This document shows, in pieces, positions 7,970-15,899 of a stretch of 59,528 nt of DNA. A program made the position numbers and the translations under genes. The DNA lies in IMG/VR virus record IMGVR_UViG_3300025151_000039, positions 1-59,528 of that record; one strand, given 5' to 3'. The notes under the pieces are model-generated. The model was not told the origin of the DNA, did no database searches, and saw only the letters and a program-made list of their open reading frames with translations. Numbering within the stretch: the stretch's first letter is position 1; every line of letters starts with the position of its first letter. Origin of the DNA: a virus. Its lineage: Duplodnaviria; Caudoviricetes.

Positions 7970-8544
7970 TGACTGTAATAACTGATAAAACAACTATAAA
8001 AGAATCAAATGTTCATAAAGTTGATCCAATGAATGAAATCGTGTTAGTCAGAGGTCTTCCAGGGAGTGGTAAGACTACTGTAGCTAATATGATGTATAAA
8101 CCAAAATATATAAAGTATGCTGTTCCTGGAGTTCATTCTGCAGCAACAGATGATTGGTTTACTGATGATGAAGGCAATTATGATTTTAAACCTGCTGACC
8201 TAGTTGTTAATCATGCAGCTTGTCTAAATTGGTTTGAAAATAGAGTAAATAAAGCTATAGCAGCAAATACTATCATTGTTCATAATACTTTCACCATGTT
8301 TTGGGAGTTACATCCTTACATTTCATATGTGCAAGGGTTAGACACTTACAAAGATAGATTTAGAATTACCGTCATTGACATTTATGATGGTGGACTATCA
8401 GATGATGAGTTAGCAGAGCGTAATACTCATGGTGTAGGTGTAGAAGCTATTGGAAGAATGCGTGATCGTTGGGTCACATGGTCTTGGAAAGACTATGAGC
8501 ATTATGTTGGTGGAATTGAATCCCAGGGAAAGCGCTGGGCATAA
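7969..8544 (+). CDS. P-loop kinase, AAA_33 / N4BP2-type polynucleotide-kinase-like
   Basis: LVRGLPGSGKTT Walker A, TDDWF...Y.F, IIVHNTF...WE..PY and LAERNTHGV....I.RM..RW. Confidence 0.8.
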   Translation: MTVITDKTTIKESNVHKVDPMNEIVLVRGLPGSGKTTVANMMYKPKYIKYAVPGVHSAATDDWFTDDEGNYDFKPADLVVNHAACLNWFENRVNKAIAANTIIVHNTFTMFWELHPYISYVQGLDTYKDRFRITVIDIYDGGLSDDELAERNTHGVGVEAIGRMRDRWVTWSWKDYEHYVGGIESQGKRWA

Positions 8545-8720
8545 ATCTTAATAACGATTGAAAGATACCTCGTTGAGATGTGGTCATGGACCTGATTCGA
8601 CAGTACAGGGAATAAATGATTCAATCCTTATTATTCAAAGTTATTGAGCTCTTCGAGGGAAGTCGACGTCCTGACAAGAGCTTCATAACTCTTTTAAAAA
8701 TTAAATAGGAGGTATAAACG

Positions 8721-8846
8721 TTGGAAAATAACAACGAATCACCAAATTGGTGGCAAGATGAATACGAGCTTCAGCATCAAAAGCATGAGATTTCTTATGG
8801 AAAGTATCAACGAACTTATGAAATTTTAGGCTGGTATAAAATTTAA
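8721..8846 (+). CDS. Small hypothetical protein (41 aa, TTG start)
   Basis: AGGAGG SD 8 nt upstream of TTG; open frame MENNNESPNWWQDEY...GWYKI. Confidence 0.55.
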   Translation: MENNNESPNWWQDEYELQHQKHEISYGKYQRTYEILGWYKI

Positions 8847-9443
8847 CCCGAGTTGAGTGATAGGGTTAAAATTGCTATTAAGTTAGCATTTCTTAGGTTG
8901 GCTAGAACCAGTAGCGGTATCCTTGGACTGGGAGACAACGAGCCAGGTTTAGAGAGTCAACCTATAGATTTAAAATAATTAGTAGAAGTAAGCATTATCC
9001 GGCCAGGTAATGATTATTTTGTAGCATAATCCTGAGAACGATCTGTGGTGAGCAGCGCAGACTCAGGGCACACTTTATAGGTCTACAGGCCTATCTAATA
9101 TTGCTAAATGGTAGTATTAGCCTCGTAAGGGGATTGCGTAATACATGTACGGTAGCAGCAACTTAATATAGAAAAGTTGATCGTGGGAACTCAAAGCTGG
9201 GAGGACAAGGGAGTCCTAAGGTAGCTTAAACTCAATAAACAAAGTGACTTAATAGCGAGCAATTGCTAGTGGTCCTTTGCAGTAATGTATCTGAAGAGAT
9301 ATGAGCTGAGGTCAGTAATGATGAGAGGAGTTCGACGTGTGAAAGCACAACACCAAATATCCCGCTACTTGTTAGGTAACGATTTGAGAGAGTCAAAAGC
9401 TCCTCTATGCCCTATTTGTAAAGAATAGGTGAACTATCGGGTT
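8845..9443 (+). ncRNA. Large structured non-coding RNA 2 (~600 nt), family unassigned
   Basis: No ORF. Closing stem AACCCGA(8845)/TCGGGTT(9437); 14-bp stem TTGCTATTAAGTTA(8872)/TGACTTAATAGCGA(9245); TAGGTTGGCT/AGTCAACCTA; CCTGAG/CTCAGG. Several GNRA-capped hairpins: CCTC-GTAA-GGGG, TGCA-GTAA-TGTA, TCA-GTAA-TGA, GTGT-GAAA-GCAC. Confidence 0.7.
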
Positions 9444-9474
9444 TAAATCTAACTATGTGCTATTTATTTTATTA

Positions 9475-9704
9475 TTAACCGCCAGAGAGCAATGCAATCG
9501 TGTGCGGAAACTTGCTGGCATGCCAAGACAGAAGACTAGGAGCTCAGTCAGTATGTAAGTATGCCAATAATTAACGCCATTCCAATGGTGTTCAGACCAG
9601 GGGAAAGTGAGGTGTTCTAAATGTTACGCTTACCTAGGATGATAATAATTTCTGAGGTATAATCTACCAAAACAGAAGCCTTTCACCCCCTGCTCTGTGG
9701 TTAA
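9475..9704 (+). ncRNA. Structured non-coding RNA 3 (~230 nt)
   Basis: Closing stem TTAACCGCCAGAG/CTCTGTGGTTAA; internal GGCATG/TATGCC, ACGCCATT/AATGGTGT, GGGGAAAG/CTTTCACCCC. Confidence 0.55.
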
Positions 9705-9716
9705 AACAGGAGAACT

Positions 9717-9878
9717 ATGAGAACTGATTTTTATAATATAAGATCAAAATTACCATCTGAGTTTCATGTTAGATGTGAGACTGTAAAGTGTCCTAATTAT
9801 TACAATACTAAGTATAAAAATGCTAATGGCTATTGTAAACCTTGTAATGATAAAAGAAAAGAGAAAGGAAAGGCATAA
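9717..9878 (+). CDS. Small zinc-finger protein (53 aa)
   Basis: AGGAG SD; CETVKC...YCKPC; TAATG coupling to the next ORF. Confidence 0.65.
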   Translation: MRTDFYNIRSKLPSEFHVRCETVKCPNYYNTKYKNANGYCKPCNDKRKEKGKA

Positions 9879-10297
9879 TGGCTCAAGTTGGACCAGGTTT
9901 ATGTATTAAATGCAAGGTAAAACCTAGACCAAAAAGATCTGATAGGAAGAATGCTTGGAGATCTATATGCTGGGGTTGTGCAGAGAAAACAAGGCCTAAT
10001 AGAAAAAAAGTAACAACAAAACAAAGATTTCCTAAAATTCATAAAAGACCATTTAGTCTTATTTGTGATATTTGCAATATTAAACCAAAAATTAAAAGAA
10101 CTGATAGAGAAAATTCCTACAGAATTTATTGCAGTAGTTGTGCTGCAAAAGTGTATTACACAAACTTAGATAAAAATTCTGATGTTTATATATCTAGACT
10201 TATAAAATCAAATGGATATACAGGTGAAATAACTAAAGAATTAATAGAAACAAAGAGACTTTCTTTAATGCTTTTTAGAGCTTTAAAAAAAGTTTAA
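9878..10297 (+). CDS. Basic tandem zinc-finger protein
   Basis: Four CxxC pairs in two similar repeats (CIKC..R.DR.N..RSICWGCA / CDIC..R.DR.N..RIYCSSCA). Confidence 0.75.
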   Translation: MAQVGPGLCIKCKVKPRPKRSDRKNAWRSICWGCAEKTRPNRKKVTTKQRFPKIHKRPFSLICDICNIKPKIKRTDRENSYRIYCSSCAAKVYYTNLDKNSDVYISRLIKSNGYTGEITKELIETKRLSLMLFRALKKV

Positions 10298-10330
10298 TGT
10301 TAAACAACAACAACCAATAAAGGAGGCCAA

Positions 10331-10645
10331 ATGGCTGGAAGTAAAGTAATAACAACACCAAAGAACAATCGTTCTTTAATTCCTAAAACAACAGCAATTG
10401 CTTTAGATCAAATAGAGCAATTATCTCAAGGAAAAGGGGACGTAAGGACAGCTAATGCTGTAATGAGTGGTGTGAGAACTATCCATAACGCTATCAAATT
10501 ACAAATGACATTCTGTGAAAAAGCAGGTATTGCTATGACAGGTGTTGAATTTCAAGGTCCAGGTGGATCCGATAGGAAACCTCAAGTTTTAGGAGCTGCT
10601 AAAGCAACTAAAGTAAAGAAAAAGGTTTCTAAGAAAAAGAAATAA
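10331..10645 (+). CDS. Hypothetical basic protein with Lys-rich tail
   Basis: AGGAGG SD; C-terminus KKKVSKKKK. Confidence 0.75.
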   Translation: MAGSKVITTPKNNRSLIPKTTAIALDQIEQLSQGKGDVRTANAVMSGVRTIHNAIKLQMTFCEKAGIAMTGVEFQGPGGSDRKPQVLGAAKATKVKKKVSKKKK

Positions 10646-10838
10646 GGGGACTACGACTACCACACTTATGCATGGAGTCTATACCTCCTCCATGAACCAA
10701 CAGTAGTTCCCTCCTAATTACTTAGGAAGCGGAAAACGGATAGAATATAAGGCAGGCCCGGCAATTTAACACTGGGTTTTCATTTTCCTCCAGACTTTAG
10801 GGTCTGCCTTATTTAACGATAATTAAACAGGAGACTAA

Positions 10839-12779
10839 ATGGATAATAGTATACCATTCTTTCAATCTCAGGATAATCGTGGAGTTACTCAAAAAGCAGA
10901 AGCTTTATTACCAGATAATTTAGCTAGTTTTAGAGAAGTGACACTTTCTGATATTGAAAAGCAAGAGTTTAAATGTAAAGCTATTGCAACAATATTAAAT
11001 TACTTTCTAGGTTGGTATTTAAATGAAACTGATCTTCAAAGTAAACTGGGTCAATGTGAGACTCAAAGGGAAATTGAGGAAATATCTTCTATAAGACCTA
11101 TAAAATATACTGATACATTCAGAATGGCTCCTGGTGAAGCAAAGAGAGTGGCTGAAAGATTACAGTATATTCCATTAGTGTGGAGAGAAGATAGACTTGC
11201 TTATTATTATAATTACAGAGGTAGTAGAAATGTTTTACCTACTTCTAAATTGATCAAAAAGATCGACAGAAACCCTGCTGTCATAATTAATAAGTATAAA
11301 GTCAGGGGTAGTAGGAGCAATTATTACAATTCTACAAGAATGTTAGAAATTGCTAGTAATTTTTGGGATCCTGATTTTAATAATCAATGGGAACGATTGT
11401 TAGATCATCATCATAGAAATAACTATCCTGCAAGAGGTGTAGATAGAGATTATGAAGATTTAAGGTTAGAATATTTAATTAGATTTATTAGTCCAGGTAC
11501 TGTAGACTGGAATAATTATGATGGAGAGACTATCCAAAGTTCATACTATCAAAAAACTTCATTTGCTGCAGATTTATTCAACTATCTTAAAGATTCTTTA
11601 ACTATAAGAAGAAACACTCCTGAAATAGACTATTCTGACGAAGAAGACTATACAGAATTGAGAGAATTTCTTATAGAAAGATCTGAAGCTATGAATAAAG
11701 CCAATACTTTACTTAATGGAAAAGTTGAAATTACTGATGCTAGATTAATTAAAACAGCTCGTATGCTTAATATAGTATATAGAACTAAGTTAATTGAACC
11801 AAGTGTTATAATTAGACATCCTAGTGGTAATACTGATTACCCCGATTATGAACGTAAAGTAAAAGATGCTCATGGTGTAATTCATGATTTTATAGTTGGA
11901 ACTAGAGTGGGCATAGCTAAAACTTCAAATGGTTGGAGAGTTAGTAATATAAACATAGCTGGATACTCAACATCTACTCATCACAGGCCTGTATTATATA
12001 ATACTCACAATGTATTATCTAGGACTTCTAACAGCTTAAGACAAGTATTTGATGGAACTTCAGATTGTGTAGACTCTTTTGCAAATAATAATTGCTTTAG
12101 TGATCATGAGCCTACAATTAGAAGAAATACCAAAAAGCATGACTATCTTAGTCAAGGTTTGAATTTGCTAAGTTGGTATCAGATATATGTACCAGGAAGA
12201 ACTAATCCTTATGCTCAAACTAGAGATATATTCTTTGGTATTGGCAGAGATATTCCAGAATGGTATAAATCTCTTCATGACAGTGATACTAATTCTTGTA
12301 GATCTTTAATTAGAAGAAATTATGCTCATACTGTGGAGGGAAATCCAGCCCCTATATCTGAAATTGATGGTGAGATTTTAAAGAATATCAGCATTAATCA
12401 TTGCAACAATTGCTTTCATAGAAGCAGTGGAGCTGGTTGTGATGTGTTTGGCAGCATAGTTAGTAATAACTGGGGTGGAATCAATGAATATCAAAGAGTT
12501 ATTAGATCTTTAGATTCTGCAGAAGTTTGTGAACCAACTCCGGCAGCTATAGAAACTGTAGTTGAAGAAGTTTTAGGTTGTGAACACGGCAACTCTGGTC
12601 CTTCTAATTGTTTAGATTGCGATGAAGCTATAACAAATGGACTTACAGCTGCAGCGGAACCTGTATGTGAATCTATCACATTGGAAGAATCTATAGCTCA
12701 AAGAGTTGAGGAAGAAGAGGAAGCAGAACAGAGACGAATGATGGAACTAATGCAAGCCTGGAGTCAGGCAGAAAGGTAA
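10839..12779 (+). CDS. Multidomain protein with putative prokaryotic E2-like (UBC-fold) domain and Cys-rich C-terminus
   Basis: First gene of an operon with JAB, E1 and Ubl. NNC419FSDHEPTI...DY....LL.W...Y....TNPY resembles the Cys-plus-helices end of divergent prokaryotic E2s. HCNNC...C and CEH...CLDC clusters follow. The E2 call rests mainly on context. Confidence 0.5.
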   Translation: MDNSIPFFQSQDNRGVTQKAEALLPDNLASFREVTLSDIEKQEFKCKAIATILNYFLGWYLNETDLQSKLGQCETQREIEEISSIRPIKYTDTFRMAPGEAKRVAERLQYIPLVWREDRLAYYYNYRGSRNVLPTSKLIKKIDRNPAVIINKYKVRGSRSNYYNSTRMLEIASNFWDPDFNNQWERLLDHHHRNNYPARGVDRDYEDLRLEYLIRFISPGTVDWNNYDGETIQSSYYQKTSFAADLFNYLKDSLTIRRNTPEIDYSDEEDYTELREFLIERSEAMNKANTLLNGKVEITDARLIKTARMLNIVYRTKLIEPSVIIRHPSGNTDYPDYERKVKDAHGVIHDFIVGTRVGIAKTSNGWRVSNINIAGYSTSTHHRPVLYNTHNVLSRTSNSLRQVFDGTSDCVDSFANNNCFSDHEPTIRRNTKKHDYLSQGLNLLSWYQIYVPGRTNPYAQTRDIFFGIGRDIPEWYKSLHDSDTNSCRSLIRRNYAHTVEGNPAPISEIDGEILKNISINHCNNCFHRSSGAGCDVFGSIVSNNWGGINEYQRVIRSLDSAEVCEPTPAAIETVVEEVLGCEHGNSGPSNCLDCDEAITNGLTAAAEPVCESITLEESIAQRVEEEEEAEQRRMMELMQAWSQAER

Positions 12780-12782
12780 CTT

Positions 12783-13718
12783 ATGGAAAATAATTTCATA
12801 ATATCTCAAAATGATTGGGATACAATTATCGCTTATGCTCAAATGAGCTATGATAAGTGGAAAACTGAGATCGGCGGTATGTGTGTTGCCATTCTCGACA
12901 AAGAAACCAAAACAATGGTTATAAAAGACCCTGTAATAGGCAAGCAGGAAGTGTCTGGTACGCTTTGCACCTTGGATAAAGGATGGCTTGCTGATTATTA
13001 CATGGAAATGGCCATGAAGCATGGTACTGATGTTAGGTTTGTTTGGTGGCATAGTCATCATATGATGGGTGTGCAATGGTCAGGTACTGACACCTCTACA
13101 ATGAAAGAAGGTTCTAGCGGAGATTACTCTATGAGCTTAGTAGTCAATCTAAAGGGTGAACATACTTTCAGAGTTAGTTGGTGGAAACCAATGGCAGGTC
13201 ATATTGATACTAAAGTTAAAATAGCCGGTCCTGAATTTAGTGTAACTAAAGAGATGGAAGACAACTTTAACAATTTAGTGACAAAGGAAACTCGTGCTAT
13301 AGTTAAGACAACTACTTATGGTAACCGGTATAATGGTTATCATGATTGGAGAACTAAGTACAAACAACCTGGAAATTATGGACCTGGTTATGTAGATGCT
13401 GAACTCATGGATAAAACAGAATCTCTTCAAGAGAAATACTGTAACACCATGGAGTCCTTAATGGAAGAAGTATTTACTGATCAATTAAAATGGCCTCAGT
13501 TTATGAAGAGATGGGATAAAATTATAGAAGATGCTGGCGCACATGATATAATTATAGAACCATTTGAAAAGGATGATTATTCAGATATTTTATTAAAGGG
13601 ATTAATTCCAGATGCAACAGACTACTTTGAAAGCCCAGAACCCGGACTCTCTCTTCACAGAGACAGAGGAATCGGTGGATATGGGAATCCGTTACAGAAA
13701 AATCTGTGGGACGTTTGA
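12783..13718 (+). CDS. JAB/JAMM (MPN+) metallo-isopeptidase
   Basis: E29 ... H90-S-H92-x7-S100-xx-D103 (WWHSHHMMGVQWSGTD) is a complete JAMM motif. Confidence 0.92.
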   Translation: MENNFIISQNDWDTIIAYAQMSYDKWKTEIGGMCVAILDKETKTMVIKDPVIGKQEVSGTLCTLDKGWLADYYMEMAMKHGTDVRFVWWHSHHMMGVQWSGTDTSTMKEGSSGDYSMSLVVNLKGEHTFRVSWWKPMAGHIDTKVKIAGPEFSVTKEMEDNFNNLVTKETRAIVKTTTYGNRYNGYHDWRTKYKQPGNYGPGYVDAELMDKTESLQEKYCNTMESLMEEVFTDQLKWPQFMKRWDKIIEDAGAHDIIIEPFEKDDYSDILLKGLIPDATDYFESPEPGLSLHRDRGIGGYGNPLQKNLWDV

Positions 13719-14343
13719 TAAACATTTCTTTAGCATATTTGGTTGCGGCGCTATAGGTAGTGCTGCAGCCTTATGCTTGGTTAAACATAATGCTAAGAAT
13801 ATAGCTATTTATGATAATGATACAGTTAGTCCTGAAAATATAGGTATTAGTATGTATGAAGATCGAAATATAGGTGAAACTAAAGTCGATGCTTTGAAAT
13901 TAATACTTGAATCAGGTGGAACTAATAGAGATTTGCAGGTAGAAACTCATAAAGAGTGGCTAGACTATAACTCTTCGTTTAAAAGTCATAAAGGTAGCTT
14001 AAATATTGGCATTTTATGTTTTGATAACATGTTTTCTCGAAAAGAGATAGCAGGTTTGTGTTTTAGAGATAATTTTGATTATATAATAGATGCACGTATG
14101 GGTCGTGAACAGATTCAGTTGTATACTGTTAAAGATATTCAAACTTATGAGAGTTATTGGTATCCAGACTCTCAGGCAAGCGAAGATACTTGCGAAGAAA
14201 AAGGGACGCCAGATGTATCAATGATTTCAGGGTCATTAATAACATCTCAAATTAGAAAGATTATTAACAAGTCTTTCTACCCTGAAGAAATTTGTTTCCA
14301 CATTCCTAGTATGGCACTAGAATGTACAACCATGGTAAAATAA
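13681..14343 (+). CDS. ThiF/MoeB/E1-family ubiquitin-like activating enzyme
   Basis: IFGCGAIGS nucleotide-binding loop, YDNDTVSPENIG, GETKVDAL, CFDNMFSR, IDARMG and candidate catalytic Cys in EDTCEEK. Start placed at ATG 13681 (GGTGG upstream) rather than the track's 13612. Confidence 0.92.
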   Translation: MGIRYRKICGTFDKHFFSIFGCGAIGSAAALCLVKHNAKNIAIYDNDTVSPENIGISMYEDRNIGETKVDALKLILESGGTNRDLQVETHKEWLDYNSSFKSHKGSLNIGILCFDNMFSRKEIAGLCFRDNFDYIIDARMGREQIQLYTVKDIQTYESYWYPDSQASEDTCEEKGTPDVSMISGSLITSQIRKIINKSFYPEEICFHIPSMALECTTMVK

Positions 14344-14356
14344 CAAGGAGGGCTAT

Positions 14357-14563
14357 ATGCCTAGTATTCACTTAATGCATAACAGTGATTCATTTAACGC
14401 TACAGATGTTGATGCAACAAATGTAGGTGATCTTAAATCAGAGTTGGGAGTTCCAGCTACATCTCGTGTTAATGTTAACACTTCTGTAGCTCAGGATACA
14501 ACTTCTTTGAATGATGGTGACATTGTTGCTGTTGTTGCGAAAGATAAAAAAGGTGGAAAGTAA
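14357..14563 (+). CDS. Ubiquitin-like (beta-grasp, ThiS/MoaD-like) protein with C-terminal GG-K
   Basis: 68 aa; AAGGAGG SD; NVGDLKSELGV...VNVN......SLNDGDIVAVV..KKGG-K. Confidence 0.88.
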   Translation: MPSIHLMHNSDSFNATDVDATNVGDLKSELGVPATSRVNVNTSVAQDTTSLNDGDIVAVVAKDKKGGK

Positions 14564-14578
14564 GTATTAACTTACTGT

Positions 14579-14630
14579 CTCGGGAGGTTTTGGTTTACCT
14601 AGCCACATTTCTCCTCCCGAGGCCTTTTTT
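14579..14630 (+). terminator. Hairpin plus U-tract ending the Ubl operon
   Basis: CTCGGGAGG/CCTCCCGAG stem with an unusually large loop, followed by GCCTTTTTT. Confidence 0.55.
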
Positions 14631-14640
14631 AGGAGTATTT

Positions 14641-14835
14641 ATGCATCATGATAAAAAAATATATGATAGATTCAAAAAAGAATCCGGTGGCAAATGGTGG
14701 CTTGAGAGATATTTTAAAATGTCGTTCGCTCAATTAAGACTTGCTAAGTCTGCAGCTAATAAAAAGTTGAAAAAAGTTGATGTTAAAGAAAAAAACATGA
14801 AAGGCGTATGGGATTTTATAAACAAGCTGAAATAG
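14641..14835 (+). CDS. Small basic hypothetical protein
   Basis: AGGAG SD before ATG 14641 (the track start at 14590 lies in the hairpin). Confidence 0.65.
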   Translation: MHHDKKIYDRFKKESGGKWWLERYFKMSFAQLRLAKSAANKKLKKVDVKEKNMKGVWDFINKLK

Positions 14836-15119
14836 AAAATCAAGAACTAAATCTTGACACATGGGAAGATATTGAATTTAGAAGAAATATGGAGGAAGAG
14901 CAATTGCTTCAAGTCGAACGTGACGAAAAGATGTTAACGTACCCTATAATTGGAAAAGCTTATGATGTTACTACAAATCAAGGTAATATTCATAAGAATA
15001 TTGTATTTCTTGGCTATTCAAATGGAGTAGCTAAACCGAAATATTTATTTAAGAAAGAAAATGGCAATACTGTTTCTGTAAACCCTTCTTATGAGGTGGA
15101 AATGGAACAAATTAATTGA
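14808..15119 (+). CDS. Hypothetical protein
   Basis: 103-aa ORF in the operon. Confidence 0.65.
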   Translation: MGFYKQAEIENQELNLDTWEDIEFRRNMEEEQLLQVERDEKMLTYPIIGKAYDVTTNQGNIHKNIVFLGYSNGVAKPKYLFKKENGNTVSVNPSYEVEMEQIN

Positions 15120-15144
15120 TAAATTCTTAGGATATTTGTAAATT
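15116..15144 (+). promoter_or_regulatory. Putative sigma70-type promoter TTGATA-N17-TAAATT for replication genes
   Basis: Consensus-like hexamers with a 17-bp spacer directly upstream of the ATPase gene. Confidence 0.5.
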
Positions 15145-15189
15145 ATGAGCCTTTTTCGGGTATAAATCACACTATTATGGAGGACGTAA

Positions 15190-15882
15190 ATGTCTGGTTT
15201 AATTGAGGTGCGAGAAGCGCCAAGATCAGAAAATCCTGGATTGCTGTTGCTTTATGGAGCAAAAAAAGCCGGGAAAACAACAAAGCTAGGTGAATTAGAT
15301 AACTGTTTAATAATTGACACTGAAAATGGTGCCAATTTCATATCTGGACACATAGCTTCAATAAATTCTTTAGCTGAAACTAGAGAGCTTTGCAATCATT
15401 TGTTTGAACAAAAACAAAAAGGCAAAACATATGACTATATTGCAATAGATACTTTGAATAAAGTTGTTGAATGGATCGAAGAATCTATAGTAATAGAGCA
15501 TAATAATTCAAATAGCGCTAAAATAGAGTATTTTGGTGACCTTGCGTTTGGTAAAGGGCATGGAATGGTTAGAAATAAAGTTGACAAGCTTATCGAAACA
15601 TTCAGAGCACTATCAAATGTAGTGATATTAGTAGGTCATAATAAACTTGCAAGCGCTTTATCGGAAAACTCAACCTTAGTAGATCCTGCATCATTGGACT
15701 TAACTGGAAAGCTTAAGAATATGATAATGGCGAAGTGCGATAGTATTGGTTTTGTTTTTCGTAATGACGATAATGAGCTTCAAATCTCATTTCAGGCTAA
15801 CAATGCTTTAGAGGCGGGCTCACGTAGTCCGCATTTAAAAGGTCAAGTGATACCATTTGACTGGTCTAATATATTTATTTAA
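15190..15882 (+). CDS. AAA_24 / Sak4-like recombination ATPase
   Basis: LLYGAKKAGKTT Walker A, LIIDTENG, YDYIAIDTL Walker B, FGKG, ILVGH; followed by an SSB-like gene. Confidence 0.85.
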   Translation: MSGLIEVREAPRSENPGLLLLYGAKKAGKTTKLGELDNCLIIDTENGANFISGHIASINSLAETRELCNHLFEQKQKGKTYDYIAIDTLNKVVEWIEESIVIEHNNSNSAKIEYFGDLAFGKGHGMVRNKVDKLIETFRALSNVVILVGHNKLASALSENSTLVDPASLDLTGKLKNMIMAKCDSIGFVFRNDDNELQISFQANNALEAGSRSPHLKGQVIPFDWSNIFI

Positions 15883-15899
15883 GTTAACTAGGAGCAATT

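Noticed and set aside
9291-9350. Hammerhead core-like CTGAAGA ... GAAA
   Set aside because: Both motifs sit in separate small hairpins (TATCT-GAAG-AGATA, GTGT-GAAA-GCAC); no three-stem junction could be built.
6825-9443. Group I or group II intron identity for the large ncRNAs
   Set aside because: No interrupted gene, no recognisable P7 or domain V consensus and no maturase/homing nuclease seen by eye.
9598-9690. RNase P RNA-like motifs GGGGAAAGT ... ACAGAA in ncRNA 3
   Set aside because: The P4 strands do not pair canonically, only about 65 nt separate the motifs, and a simple nested fold explains the pairing. A covariance-model search would settle it.
13681-14563. ThiF/ThiS thiamine or MoeB/MoaD cofactor biosynthesis (auxiliary metabolic genes)
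   Set aside because: No ThiG, MoaE, rhodanese, cysteine synthase or thiouridylase is present; JAB plus a candidate E2 fits conjugation better, although a sulfur-carrier role is not formally excluded.
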